64,000 nucleotides of DNA. It comes from Sphagnum compactum. Lineage: Eukaryota. The notes under the pieces were generated by a model. That model searched no databases and had not been told where the DNA came from. It worked only from the letters and a program-made list of their open reading frames with translations. The stretch lies in NCBI GenBank assembly GCA_965153455.1, contig OZ234494.1:10850001-10914000 (forward strand), in the 5' to 3' direction. This document shows, in pieces, positions 37,674 to 52,094 of the stretch; the stretch's first letter is position 1, and every line of letters begins with the position of its first letter. A program made the position numbers and the translations under genes.

Positions 37674-39037
37674 CCTGCATTGTTAGTTAAACTTGCCAGT
37701 GCTATAGGATTATTCTTTTACTCAGGGGCCAGAAAATTCCATGATACAGAAAATTCCATTTCGTGATTTGTGCACATCTCAAGTCTGTAAGCACATCTCT
37801 ACAAGATTTGCAGCAGAAGAAGCTGTGAAACAACACTTTGAAGGTAACACTTCTGCTAGTTCAGCAGAACCAAAAACCAAGATGATAAAAATGCACGCTG
37901 CCATAACCCCATGAGTGTCCATCCCAAAATGTTGGACCAACACCAGTATCCTGAACAGCAGTGACAAGCTGCCATGATTCTTCATGGACTTCAGGTCCCC
38001 TTGTTGCTAAGGGCATACAAGTAGATAGAAATCTGAACTCTCGCAAGTATTTGGGACACCATCTCTCTTTTACTACCATGCAGGTTCAAATATTTGTATA
38101 CTCAGTGTTTACAAGGTCATGAGGGTCATGCACACTTGATCTTCAAATCTGTTGAAGGAGCAGGTCAATGGATTTATAGACTTGAATCCACTTGTAGACC
38201 AGCACAGACACAGACACCCTAGCACAAATTCAAGCTGCATAAGGTCAGCAATTTATTTGCTAGAACTCCTTTGTTCTCATAGAATTTGGATGTGCCCAAT
38301 ATTCAATACAAGTAGATTCAACCCTTTGCTATTGACAATTGTACATATTAGGTGACCTCCAGTCATGACTCAATTTCATTAGAGTGGACTTCTGAGAAGC
38401 GTCGGATTTACTCCTCCTTTCCTTGGTGACTGTTTGTGCACAAACAATCCAACACATTCAGGTAACCTGGACTAATTCTAAGTCTGCCATGATACAATGG
38501 GAAACAGTGGATTAGAACTTGCCTGTGCATATTACTTGTTCCTCATACTAGACATTGCAGATTGGAAGATATGCAGCTCAATTGCAAACTTCAGTTGAAT
38601 CTGCACCACTGCATAGTCTGAAGTAATCCATAATTGATGAAGTCATTGAAACTTTCAGACAAACTTTATATGTGACGTTAAATGAAACAAATTCATTGAA
38701 ATCACATGCTGATAGTGTTTAGCTTCAGAGCAGAATTTTCCTTTTAAGCATATGTATTAACACAAAAATCTAACCCAACTACACACCATTATGACATTGA
38801 TTGGAAGGTGGGATTTATAGTTTACTGTAAATAGATAACAAGCTCCAAACATCCAGAAACAAATCTTCTAGAACCTCATCAGCAGCTACAAAGGTACTAG
38901 TTCCAAGGAAGCACAACCAATCCAAAACAATGTAGCCACTAACATTTTCCACCTCCAAACACGAGACAGAACTGTCAAGAATTCAATGAAGTTTATGAAA
39001 TAGAAGCCTGGATCATCTGCCCAACAAACTTTACTGT

Positions 39038-40971
39038 TCAAATAGCAAGCTCTTTCTTATCCCGGCGTTCAGCTTCCCTCTCTACAATTTTGATGCAAAA
39101 CTCTGCAGCCAACATGTCTTTCACAGCTGTGTCCCAACTTAAGCTGACCTCATATGTGTCAATGATCGATTCAACATATATCAAGAGTCCAAGCGCAGCC
39201 AGAACTCTTACAGCATTTGCAAGTCTGCATATTCTTTCCCTCAACTCTCGTGTAACACTATCTCTGACCTTGTCATCATCACTCAGGTCTCTTTTCCCAT
39301 CCTCCTGAGCTGATGGTATCAAGGTGGTGGAATGTTTTGATGACATCTCAGAACCATGATCATTGGAGAGGTCCATTGGAGTCTGAGAATCACTTGACTT
39401 CCCTGACTCTGAAGGAGCAGCAATCCACACATACCCATTACAACCTAGAATCAAATCAACTCCATACTGCTTCAAGTGGTGAAAATGTTGTTTGAGGCGC
39501 TTGATCAGATAGGGTGCAACTGTCACCAACTGTCCATTTTCTAGCTGCAACAAATTGAAAAAATAAATCAACCTCTTTGTTATAGCAATGGCTTCATTCC
39601 ACTCAAGAGATCAAACAGAAATACTTCCCATACCAAGTGTATCATGGAAAAAATCATGCAAACAAAATCAAGAGATTTACCTTGCCATATTTCAGGCTCC
39701 GAGTGTGCAGGTGAAGTGATCCATCTTGATACAAACTCTGTACTTCAGCCTGTAAGAGATCCAGACAGGATGTTAGATGTGTCCTGACTTTGCATCATCA
39801 ACCCACATCTTGTCATACAAAAGCAGTGACTTCATCACAAACCTGCAAAAAATAGCTTCTACAGCACTCAAGAAACCTGGAAACTCTCTCTCTCCCTATA
39901 TAATAAAACCAAGGAACTCATCAGCTTATATATGTTTGATGCAGCACACAAGAAACTCACACTGATGATGTCATTCTCTTCATACAAGCTTCGCATATTC
40001 AATTCATCCACAGCTGTACGCCGTCTCTGCACCCAACCAGTGTGTGTACAGAGCATTCAGGACCCTGAAGATGCAATTCATAGTACTATGTTTCAGCTAC
40101 AAGTCATTGATTCATATGTTTCAGCTCACATATCCATTGCAACAAAGAGTATAACACTCACACTCTTCAAATGCTAAGCTGCAGCACAGAAACACCAAAA
40201 CACACACAATTTCTGACATACCTGAATACCACCAGGCAAATTAACAGCAGATAACATCAACTGCGCATCTTGTCTACAGTTCACATCGACCTTCCATCGC
40301 TTCGGTGCAACCTATGAAAAACACATAGAAGCTCAGACACAGAAAAACAAGAAAGAGGGATGACAATTGAGAAGATCATGTCTAATTTCATATCCATAGA
40401 ATTGCAGAGAGAGAAAATCTCCACAACAAAAACAACAATTATTTGGAGGGAACATGAGAATGTCTGTTCTTGTTGTCCCTTGTTGGTAGAAGCAGAGTTG
40501 ATCAGGCAATTGTGACTCATACCTACCTCTGTGATACGGCCAACCACCACATCTCCAGTCTCTGGATTGTATCTGCCCCCCACACAAACATACAGGGAAA
40601 TTTATGATATGCATGTTACTGGATTGAAGAAGCTCCTATCTATCAGTTTCAAGAATGCTTTGTGTGGCTTGCATTGAAGAAACAGACAGACAGACAGAGA
40701 CAGAGACAGAGAGAGAGAGAAAGAGAGAGGTACTTGGCTCGGAGAGGCCGCACCGACACCAGTTTGTTGACTCGCTCCACAATGCCACACACAGTGGCTA
40801 AGAGCTCTCCATTGACGACCTGTGTTCCATGACCTCTTCACATAACAATGCCGTTTTCCGTGTAATGAGACCCCAGGCCCCACAAGAAAAATAATTTCTA
40901 CATTCTCTGGATCAACTTCCCATAAACTCTGTTGCGCATTAAGCTCAACGGAGAATGGAAGTCCTAAGGAT

Positions 40972-41020
<49 letters not shown>

Positions 41021-41253
41021 AAAAAAATGCCATCACAAAACCGCTCTATGAGCTCCAGCTTATTGATCACTACTACTACTGCCGCCTCTTTGTTATACCT
41101 GAGAAACCCTGCTTCATGATCAACTTGGATGGTATCCCCGACGTTCACAAACGCAGCTGCATGCACACTTCCTGCAGCATCTTTCAGACGCTCCTGTGCT
41201 TTCGAAACCCGTCGCTGCTGGCCACTTTCGAGCTCGAATTGTAGACCTCTCAT
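39038..41253 (-). CDS. RRP4: Exosome complex component RRP4; 7 exons, 344 aa
   Basis: Exons 41253-41099, 40835-40734, 40572-40527, 40311-40222, 40026-39961, 39749-39681, 39544-39038 total 1035 nt. Motifs: [86 protein letters not shown] and RERICRLAN. Confidence 0.95.
40975..41016. repeat. (GA)n microsatellite in RRP4 intron 1
   Basis: About 20 GA units. Confidence 0.9.
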
Positions 41254-41714
41254 CGTCACTTCCGCAACGTGCTGTTTCTCACAAGCTTCACAACAATACT
41301 CACGAATTGCCAATTTGCATCGCGAGAAACAAAACAAAAAACAAGAAGAAGAAGAAGAAGAAGAGGAAACAGAAGAACCTCGATGCACACATGGGTACTC
41401 GATCCTATCTTGCTCGTAGCATCAACAAGCATTCATTTTGCCGTAAGTATTTCTTTGCATCCTTTTTTTCGATTTCTCGCGGGAACTCCGAGTAGGGTTA
41501 GGGATTGCTAGGGCGGTGTTTGTATGCGCGTCCGTCCGTCCGTTCGTCCGGTCATGCGCGCGAGGTTTGCTCAAATCCTCTCGCAAGGTGATTGATGATC
41601 CCTCGATGTTCCTAGCAATGTTGATACCTATCGATGTTCGCCAAATCAAATCATCTCTCCATGAGTTCGGAATTCATTTGTTTCTCCGTTTGTATGTTCC
41701 AGTGGGTGTTTTTT

Positions 41715-41890
41715 TTTTGTTTGAATTTTGTGATGTAGTCACAGTGGCAACCATCCACAAGAGGAAAGAGCCAAATGTGGCTACAAGGCTGTAGACGTTT
41801 TCTAGAATCTTGCTATGTTTTGGTGAAATCCAAGAACCCAGTGTCCAAATATGGCGACATCCATGTTTTTCTCCTCAGAATGTGGCGAAC
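41715..41890 (-). mobile_element. Reverse-orientation copy of the gtagccaaatttggct dispersed repeat upstream of RRP4
   Basis: aattttgtgatgtag...catccacaagagg...agccaaatgtggctaca...gaacccagtgtccaaatatggcga. Confidence 0.65.
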
Positions 41891-42281
41891 TAAAAGGCAT
41901 CTACAGAAATCTTGTAAATGTAAAATTTCGCTCTATTTTATATTTCTTTGAGGCATAGTTGCATACGTCCTTTCCTATTTCATGCAATTTGCAACGATTA
42001 TGGAAAGCAACACACTCGATGCCATGCCATGAGATGAACTAGATTGGTGATGGATTCCAGCTGGTGTGTGCAGATGATGGATTCAAAACAATTCTTGAGA
42101 AGCAGCACGAGATTCTCCAATAGATGCACTGCACGACAATCTCCTCATGAATAATACCTTCTTGTGGTTTGAGCACCCGTCAAAGATACTCATTTCCAGG
42201 CTCTATTCTCCAAGGAAACAAGCTCAATCTCCATGGCGCTCGGAAGATGGAGGAAGACAGAACCGAGAGTTGTTTTTCTTT

Positions 42282-42740
42282 TCCTGTTTTGTGTGCATCT
42301 TCGTATCAATCAATCAATTAGTTCTTTTCTCTAATGTTTTTGCACGAAGATTGCTGAAATCACGCACTTTTTCTGCAATTTTTTTGCACAGAGCTTGATG
42401 AGATTTTTTTCTCCTTTTGCATATAGATTGCTGAGATCAATTCAGATTTACACAGAAATCGCACATTGGCATCACACAGAACTCACACAGAACCAAACGA
42501 GAGCTAATTTTCTTTCCTGTTCTATGTGCATCTTCGTATGAATAATCAATCATTTAGTTTCTTTTCTGTAATGGTTTTGCACAAAGATTGCTGAACACCA
42601 TGCTTTTTTTGCAATATTTTTACACAGAGCTTGCTGAGATCACTAGTTTTTTTTCGGTGATCTTTTCTTGCACCAAGATTGGTGAGATCACATACTTTGT
42701 CTGCAATATTTTTAGACACAGATTGCTGAGATCATTTTGG
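42282..42740. repeat. Diverged tandem duplication (about 235 bp) with AGATTGCTGAGATCA sub-repeats
   Basis: cctgtt..tgtgcatcttcgtat...gcac.aagattgctgaa...cacagagcttg.tgagat starts near 42282 and again near 42516. Confidence 0.7.
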
Positions 42741-45700
42741 ATCTCGGAAATTGCACATTTGCATTAATTTGACAAAGTGGAGGAGGAAATGGACACAGAG
42801 CCTAGGAATCGTAAGAGTAGCTTTTCTACAACTCTAGAAAATGTGTAGCAATCATGTACCTAATGGCGTGAAGTACTGTGGAGATTCAACACAAACAAAG
42901 CAATGGACTTTTTTCAAGAAGCAGTGGTTCAACAAGCATGAGGAGGAACATGTTATAAGACTTGAAAGGGTCTTGTTGTGTTTCATATGAATGCAATTTC
43001 ATGTCTTTTGGTTGAAAATAGTGAGGAGAAAATCCAGGAGATTTTGTCTGCCGTGTTTTTGGCACTGAAGTTTCTGCCACAACTTGAAAGACTTTTCTTA
43101 AATGGGTTTGTATCTAAGGTAAAATGAAACTGACTGAAGAAGAAGATCATCCAGCATGGGTGTACAAGACAAAGGTGTGAATCTCTTGCTGGGTTGCTGA
43201 ATTGCTGGCTGTTCTAAATTTTGGGTTTATCAAGAAAGACTCACAAAGGCTCTCCATAACCAAAGGTTTAGGTTCAATCCACTTGATGTCATCCAAAAAC
43301 TTGATTGCAGTCAATGGAAAATTCTTAAGTACGATTGTGAGCACTACCTGCAATGCCTGAGGAGTCCTATGAAATTCTGGATGTCAAGCTTGCAAAGGTG
43401 GTCTTGAAATAACAGAGACTAGGAGGTGGAGGAACCATTGAAGTTTGCCTAGATATTGTGTCTTTCATGATCATGTGGACATTGGAAATGAAAGCCACAT
43501 TTGCAGTGATTTGTGGATATCTACTGCGATGCTTATTCCCAAATTTGAAGAGAACCTGTTACATTTCTTTCAGGCATTGGTAAGAAAAGTATCCAGGTTT
43601 TCCTATGTCCGAAGTTCTCATTGATATGAGTGATTTTCTGTTCCAGACATTGAGAACTTGACAAGGCTTGAGATTGAAGGTGTAGAAGTGAAGTTCTGTA
43701 CTGAGAAGAATGTTCACAGAGGTGCATTTGATTCCTACAATCTCTGATGCCCAGCTTAAGATATGCTAGCAACTAGGAGATTACTAGTCTTTAATTCAAT
43801 CTTGTTTCAGTGTTGTAAAGGCCTAGGGATTGATCATGTTTGGTTGTGTAATCAGTAGGAACATTAGTTTCAGTCTTTCTAAAGTCTGCAATTCTATAGT
43901 TGTTGAGTTTTGGGAATTGCTGAACATTGGTACATATTCAATGTTTTTGAAGGAGAGCAATGAGTTGGTTAAACAATCATGAGGATTGCTCAAGAAGTCC
44001 TGGCAACCAATGCTATCACTTTTTTCAGCAGGTACATTTGCAAGACACCCAAAGCACTTTGGACAAAAGAAATGATGTTGTAGATTATTGTGAAGCTGAG
44101 TTTGTGATGTGACTCCTAAGTTCTTGGTATGTACACTTGTTGCTAGGTTCTGATGGAACTGGGCTTGTTTGGTGGTGATTGCAGAACTTTTGAGATGGCA
44201 CAGCAGCCAACAACTTCTTTCCTGTTGTCAAGAACTGCACAGTTGATTAAGAGCAGAATGCCAAGCTCCTGCCAAGCTGAAGGTTCATGCTATTGGTATC
44301 TTCAATGAGAAATGTTGCTAAACTCTAATCCAAAACTGCAGCAAAAAAATGGGATTGCATCTTCAACTGTACACATTGTGAAAGTTGAACTTGGAGCAGT
44401 TTTTCTTGCCTAAAGAATCAAATTGTAGCCTCTTATGATGGGTATCATTAGTTCAATCTTTAAACCCTAATCTTATGAGAACCCCAGCATTTTCTTGTCC
44501 ATGTTTGCTCCCTGTTTGCCTCAAGTTTGTTGACGTTCCATGGCTCCATGGAAGGGTTCAATCCACTTTTGGGCAACCATAAGAGAGAACAGTGAAAGCA
44601 CCTCCAAGGAGGCTTGCATGAAGTATAAAAACACATTATCAGTTTTTGGACTGAATTTTTGGATTGTCAAGAGCGCAAGTTCAAGCAGTCACAAAAGTTT
44701 TGCTGATAAGTCTCATTAGCCCATTTTACCCATAATTGGTGCACACGGTGGTTAGCAATAAGTCTTGATGGCTTGCAAAATTCCTTTGAGAGATGAAACC
44801 TTGATCAGAGGAAGAGTGCATGTTGCAGACAGGGAGATGGCACAGTACAGCTTGTAGAGACGGGGGAATTAAAAGCCGTTTGGCAGCCGGTGCAGAAATT
44901 GACAACCAAACATATCAGCATAGAAGTTGCTGATGCACAATTCAAGGTAAGGTTCAAAAGGGGCAATTCAATTGTATTGAACTTCTTACACTCTTGAAGA
45001 CCTGCAGGTTCAACTCCAGATGGTTCCAGAGCTAAAAGTCCAAGCAATGTCTTGAAAGCAATTTTGACAGTAGACAAGATTGCAAATACCTTCAGAGACT
45101 ATTGCAATTTTATGCAGAACGCAAATTCTAATATTGGGTTCAAGTGCTGGTGTATCTGCTCAATTCAATTTGTTTGAACAGAATCTAACCATTCTCATTG
45201 ATGTTAGGTAAATTCAATCCTTTAGCAGATCAGAGATTTGAGTATTGCACTACTTGTTTTGTAAAGATATCTTCATTTCTCTTTGTGGTTGAATCCCGAC
45301 ATATTCTAAAACCACATTTTGGAGTGAGCTTTCGTTGCATGGTCATATCCTTCTTGGTTAAGTATTCCTCAGTTCGGTTTCTCCACCTGAACTTTGGTTG
45401 GAGGGAGGGGAGATTTCTTATTCAAGTCTTCTATACCCTTCACATCGCCGGAGAAGGTAATCACAACAATTACAACAATTACTGGTCCGTGTCAATATGC
45501 AAGATCTGATTGTTGACATCTAATGAATTTTCATGTGTTAAAAATTGGTTTTTTGTCACCAATTGTGGAAAGGGACTACTACTTCAACCCTTCAATTTCA
45601 AGAGAAGATATCCACTTTTTAATAAAGTTAATATTGTGGGTTTTCTACATTAGTTGTGTAGTTTAAGATGTGCAACATCAAGAGAACACATAGTAAATGT

Positions 45701-45814
45701 TGTATACTTGATTTTATGTTGTCAATTTTAGTTTTGGTTCGAAGCAATTGGTACATTTTATATGTTTAACAGTTTGGTGTCAATTCAAGTCACATGTGCA
45801 GTTTTTTTTTTTCC

Positions 45815-46070
45815 CTCAATTTTGTGATGTAGTTGAGGCGGCCATCATCCATAAGTTGGGTTTAGCCAAATTTGGTTATTAAGAATATGAAAGGAAAAAG
45901 CTTCTTTTTTTTGTTGGCTACCTACTTGAACCATGTATAGAACTATGGAGATTTTAAAAGATTTTATTTAGATGTTTTCCGAAATTTAGTGATTTTTTCA
46001 ATAAAAAAATTATTGGATTTTTTACTAAAATTTTCAAAAAAAAAAATCAGAACAATACAAAATTTCACAC
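45815..46070 (-). mobile_element. Reverse copy of the gtagccaaatttggct dispersed repeat
   Basis: caattttgtgatgtag...atcatccataag...ttagccaaatttggtta. Confidence 0.6.
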
Positions 46071-47346
46071 AAAAAGAATGGCTCTTGGTAGTAAGTAATG
46101 CTCTCCCCAGGCACAATTTTTTGATGTAGCATCTGTTTGAAGAAAGAATTAGTATTAACTGAGTAGAGGGTTTCAGAAAACTATCTAGATAGTACAAAAT
46201 TGAAGAAAAACTCCCCCCAAATTAAAAACTGAATTAAATTGTGGCAAAATGTTCCTTGAAAATTTTTTTTTCTTGAAAAATTGGCAAAATTTTCAAAGAA
46301 AACATGGAATTCATGAAAAAATTAGAATATCGGCGAAAGGAAGAGGACTCAAGGTGAAGAGAAGCAGTTTTTCCCATTATTGGAGGTGAGCTAAATAGGG
46401 CTTGAAACTCTTTTTTTCAACAAGTTTCATCCTTAGTTTTGATTTTGCTTTTAATTTTTGTTGTCACTGTTATGATATGTTGTGCAATAAATTCTTTTTC
46501 ATCAAAAAATTATTTCTTTTCATTCACCTTTAATAAGAAAACTGTTTTTCTTTAACCTAAGTTGGTGTTCTTTTGTATATAACCAACATTTAAAGATGAA
46601 AAAGAATTTCAGAATGAAAAGAGGGCCCAAAGACAAGGTCATTTTAAGAATAACTTTAATGTCTTAATTTGCATTTTTTTTTGGTCAAAAAATGTGAAAA
46701 TTGGCCACCCAAAAAAAAAGCCATGGTAATAAGGATTTGTTAAATATGATTTTATGTCACAATATTTTGCATTTTGTCACAATTCTCATAAAGGGCTTTT
46801 TCATAGCGAAACAATGTGTGTTGCTTAGAGGTAATTCGCTCCTTCTGATAATTTAAAGAGGGTTTTTATTCAAAAGTTATCTACATATGACAAATGCCAA
46901 AAAAATCCTTTGAAAATTTTCTATGTATGCCATATCCAACTACACAAAATTATCAGTTATTGTTCTTATAATGAGATTCTTACAACCAAAATCAATTCAA
47001 CTGCATTTGAGGGTTTGGAATCCAATCAATAATTGAATAATTTCACCCAACCTGTAGGTGCATAGATACAAGGATACCTTTTGATCCATGGCATATTGAT
47101 AGTCTATTGTTGGACATTTTCAATGGAAAAAGGTCCATATGAGAGTATTTACTATTTATCTCCCCAAAGGAAAAAGGGTCAAAAAATAAGAAGAAATTCT
47201 GAAAATTCTACAAACAATTATTAGAAAATGTGAAAGGTTAATCGACATATGCATTTGTGAACTTGGTCAGGTTCCAAGCATATTGTGGTTGTGTTGTCTT
47301 TGCGACTTGTGGTAAAGCCTTTAACTTCAAGCATTGAGTTCAAAAC

Positions 47347-47468
47347 ACCCATCATTCCAATTCTTCTTAAATGTTAGAAACTTTCCAACCATAGTCACGG
47401 GACTAACCCATCATTCCAATTCTTGTTGAACGTTAGAAACTTTCCAACCATAGTCATGGGGACTAACC
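47347..47468. repeat. Direct tandem duplication of about 60 bp
   Basis: Two copies of cccatcattccaattctt.tt.aa.gttagaaactttccaaccatagtca.gggactaac. Confidence 0.85.
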
Positions 47469-47949
47469 GTACATAAAATCAAGTCTATTCTTTTATAGAA
47501 GGTGCATCATGATTCAAGTTCGGACACCCTAGCTTTTTAGATCATGATAAACTTCATTATACTCATTTTGACATGCAAGGTAAAACCATAGGGTGGGGTA
47601 TTCTCAAAATAAGAGCCTTAGGACAAGGTGATACTTGAGTCCGGCCCCACATTTGGGGAATGTCCTTCACTTGTGAGCTTCAACCCCACAAGGCACGAGG
47701 CAAAGGTTATCATGAATCTAAATGTAAAGCACTTGGAGAAAATTTGTGGCATATGTGGAGGGCACCTTATATCCATGAATTTACCTCTTAGAAATTGTGG
47801 AGAGAGAGAGAGAGAGAGATTATGCTTACTTCTTAAGTTCTTGATTGCTTGCTTGCTTGGGTGAAGGTCCCTCTCACACTTATGGAGTAGGTGTAACATC
47901 CTTTCTTTTGTCTAGGGGAAATGTGGACGTCCATCTGCAAACATAAGGT

Positions 47950-48150
47950 AGCCTCCGAATACACAAGGAATTTTTCTCTTGCAATGCCTTTCTGTTAAGG
48001 ATAGAATTCTTTGAATTCTCCACTTTCCGTTATAATGTGTCTGGAATTGGACATGCTCCAACACCTTCTCTAGTTACATCTTAGGTTACCGTGTAATGTA
48101 CTATACTACCTGGCCCACCCCCACATCTTATGCACAATCTAAGGAGTGCT
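47950..48150 (-). mobile_element. Possible Ty1/copia integrase remnant
   Basis: The frameshifted minus strand resembles PLxxVHxDVxGP, followed by SGEFKEF..QKGIARE...YS. Highly decayed. Confidence 0.4.
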
Positions 48151-51100
48151 CATTATCAAAGGCAATCTTTGTGAACAAAGAAAGGAACTATGTGTGGGTT
48201 GTGTGTGTTGCAAGTAGTGACTTGTCAAGAGGTAAGAGATGCTAATACCACTAACCTTAACAAACATGTCTATGATTGAAAAAATAATAATTTTCCTAGT
48301 CAAAACTTGAATATCTCTAATTGTCCATAGTTGGGAGCAGTAGGGACATTTATAAGATTTTCAATGGGGAACATCTTATGTAAATGATTTCTTAAATTAT
48401 TATTATTATTATTATTTTGGAAATCTATAATGCATTTTATGAGCAATTCTAAATTCCAAGATTAATTGTAAGAGTTGCTTTTAAAATTGTTGGCTTTCAA
48501 TTAACATCATAATGATTTTGGAAAAAAACAAAATGTATAACCACATCTCACCCACACTTTTTTTATACATAACTCACACATCATATTGTTGGATATAATT
48601 TACAATTGTTGACGTTTGAAACTCGCATCCAATGAATACGAGAAGGGATAGATACTACAATCAATCATTTGACGGTTTGTCCTAAAGTTTTCAATAATTT
48701 GGAAATATTCTAATAACCTACAAGTTGCAATATGTATAGGAGTTTTGACTTGAATTTGGACCCAACAAAAGAACCACGGTTAGATCTAGTCCACACAAAA
48801 GCACACATTCACTCAATACACTTGTTCGTGTAGGTAAGTGAATCTATTACGGGCATTGAAAATGTTCAATCATGTTGTTTTTTACATTCAAGTGATTGGG
48901 GGTCGCTCACAACTTGTGTTCTAACTTCCTGTGACCCTTTTGAAAAAACCCCCCATCCATCAAAAACCCAATATCACAAAATATGTTGTTTATTCAAGAA
49001 TTATGCCAAATTTCCCAATTTTTTTAATCATATTGTTGGCCATTTTTTAAAATACTGAAAATTTAGCAATGTGAACAAATATATCGGAAATTTTAAAGTG
49101 AACTCATAATATTTCAAAAGGTTCACTAGTTTTGCATGAAGTTGGGAACGATTTGTGTTGACTATTAAATGCTGAATTATACATAACAAAAACATGATTA
49201 TAGTACTAATTGAATGTACATAGTAGAATGTTAGCTTCAATTGTATTATACTCTTTACATAAATTTTAACTTAATAGCTTATATTTTAGAACTTGAACCC
49301 TATGTCATCACACGTGTAAAAAGTTAGATAAACATTAAAGCTATTAACCCTAAATATGAAATATGACTTAGTTTAAAACAAGTATATAATTGTAGCAAAT
49401 ATCTTAATTGTAGCTTCATGATAGAAACTTAGATCTTTATATGTAAACCTAGATATATCATATATGTAATTTCAAACATATCATGTAGTTGGGAAACCAT
49501 TAATGTAACATACCAAGATACAAACATAAAGTATTACGTAAATAGTGTCATAAATCAATTGTAAGCCTCATATTAAACTTGACATACAACACCAATAAGT
49601 TACTAACATACAAGACTCCTATTTCAATTCAATGAAAATTAGTGCTCATTGAACTAGTCTTAATAATTGATCAAATGATCATCTATCACATATACATTAA
49701 CATATTGCATTGTTTTTTCACTTTTGATGACAACATCTATATAATGATATTGGGTGTTTGGTAGAAATACCACAAACCCAATATTACATTTATGTTTTAC
49801 AATATGTGGTATTTTATGTGGGTAACACGTAATATTTAAGATAAATCTTGAATCTTCACACCTTACCAACTTGGGCTGTGTATTGTTACACATTATTAGT
49901 GAGGATCAATTGATGAAAAAAATGAATTCATTTTTTGAAAGTTAAGTTTCATTTTAAATGAAAATACTGAATGGCATTGCATGTATATTGAATTGAAACA
50001 AATTGAATGGAATTTCCATTTTATTCAATTCCAATTCAACTAAATTCATTTCAATAATTGTATTAAGATTGAATTCAATTGAATTCAAATTCAAATGAAG
50101 AAAAATGAGATGCAAATTGGTGGATAAGATATTGAAAATCAGCTTTAAAAAAAGAAAAATCTGAAAAGACACCTTTTCATGCCTCTTTATATTGGGAATG
50201 GGCTAAACTTAAATCAAATTATTAGAATGGGCTATTACTTAATTTAAAAAATACAAATGTTATATTTATTTTTAAAAGAAAATTAGAGATTAACACATAT
50301 TATAATCATATTATAAAACTAGCTAAATTATAAATTTTACCTAATAATCAATATATTACACCCCATATTTAGACTCATGTATTTTCTAAATTCAAAGAAG
50401 AATTTCCCCCAGCCTTATATTGATGTCAACCGTCAATCCACATGAATATTTACCAATAATGCATTTCATATGGGATATTTTTCCTTTAAGTAGATACTTT
50501 TAAAGGAGTTTAAAAAATTACAATTATTATTTAAAGTTAAAAAAAACTTGAACTTTGTTCATTATTGTGCTATTTATACACCCTTAATTGTAACCCCTAC
50601 CATTAGCCTAGGTGGAAAATAGTAAAGAACAAAGGAAGGGATATAATTTTTTGGCAACCCATGAGGTGAGTTAGTAAGCAATAAATAGGGTTGCCAACTT
50701 GTTTTTCTTTGGGAGAGGGTTGTGGGGTGTGGGATGTGAGGCTTTCCTTTTGAAGAGGGTTAGGAGGTGGATGTGGGATATGGAAAAAAATTTGATTTCA
50801 ACCAGGCATAGTAGTTGCTAGCATGTTCATCATGTCTAGTCGAGGGTGTACTTTGCATGTCCAAAAACAAATAGCAGCTACAATAGCTGCTCAATTTAAC
50901 CCATACCATTTGCCCTAAGTTCTACTCTTGTAACCCATATAAGTAGCCCAAATGAGGAGGTTATAACATACATATTTTGGGATTGTCCAAAGCTTGATTA
51001 AATGTTTTTGGGTGCACCAATCAAAGAAGATTAAAAAAATTTAAAAAAAAAAAAAAAACTTTGGAGATCTCATAACTAACTAATATTACCATTACACATG

Positions 51101-51386
51101 AGAATATTACCATGTTAATATATAATAGAATGAACATAATCATAGTTTTTTGATAAATGCATCTCAAGAAAGGCTTGTAGTTCATCTTACTTACCAGAGT
51201 CATTTGTGAACACTTGCAAATCTACCCATAACATGTAATTATATAGAAAGTTCAAACACTAACTTTGAGGTGACTGCATATTACTCGAAGTATAAAGACC
51301 TCTCACTGCAATAGTGCCTTAAATTAGCCCTATGAAGCCCACTATTGAAAATAGGCAATATCCATGGTCTAGGGAACATTGAGTTA

Positions 51387-52094
51387 GGGCCACTTTAGAC
51401 AAGGGTCCAAGGACCAAAAGCTGAAGGACCAATTTGAAGCAAATTGAACCTAGAATTGGACCTTTCTTCACATTAAAACAAACATTTTTTCTTAAGGTAC
51501 AATGAGTGTGTTTAAAGGCTTGGGTTCCGATTCAAAGGTCCAATATTAAAAATGTGTGATTAACATGTGAGAGGATTAGGTTAATCTTTGGTCTTTTTTC
51601 TCTTTTTTTTTCATGGTTTTAAAAAAAATAAAATTCATCTCCATTTCGTGCATTTGTAAAGGTTGAAAATGCACTCCTTTTAATAACCACCTTGTGAGGA
51701 TTCACAAAATCAACCATGTTAACTCTAAATTAATAAAAAATGGGGGAGTTGGTTTGCTCTCAAGAATGTCTTCAATTCATAATAGGCTTTCCATTTTCAA
51801 AAAAATTGAACAACAAAGATTAAAAAAAAAAGAGAAAAGAACAACCTTGACCTTAACATACACTTTGATTCTCCAAACCATGAGCTCTCTTTTAAGCTTT
51901 TTTTTTTTTTTTTCTTTTGTTTGAACCAATTGGTTTTCTCTCCAAAATGATGCCATATAAGCTAAATCACAATTTGATTTGTCTTGAGCTTGGATCATTG
52001 TCTAAAAATCTTGAGACCAATTTAAAGCTCTTGACCAATAGGAATGCTTGATTTCATTGGACCTTGCTCCTTGGACCCTTGTCTAAAGTGGCCC
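51387..52094. mobile_element. PIF/Harbinger (Tourist-like) MITE, 708 bp
   Basis: Perfect 27-bp TIRs GGGCCACTTTAGACAAGGGTCCAAGGA / TCCTTGGACCCTTGTCTAAAGTGGCCC, flanked by a TTA target duplication on both sides. Non-coding interior. Confidence 0.92.
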
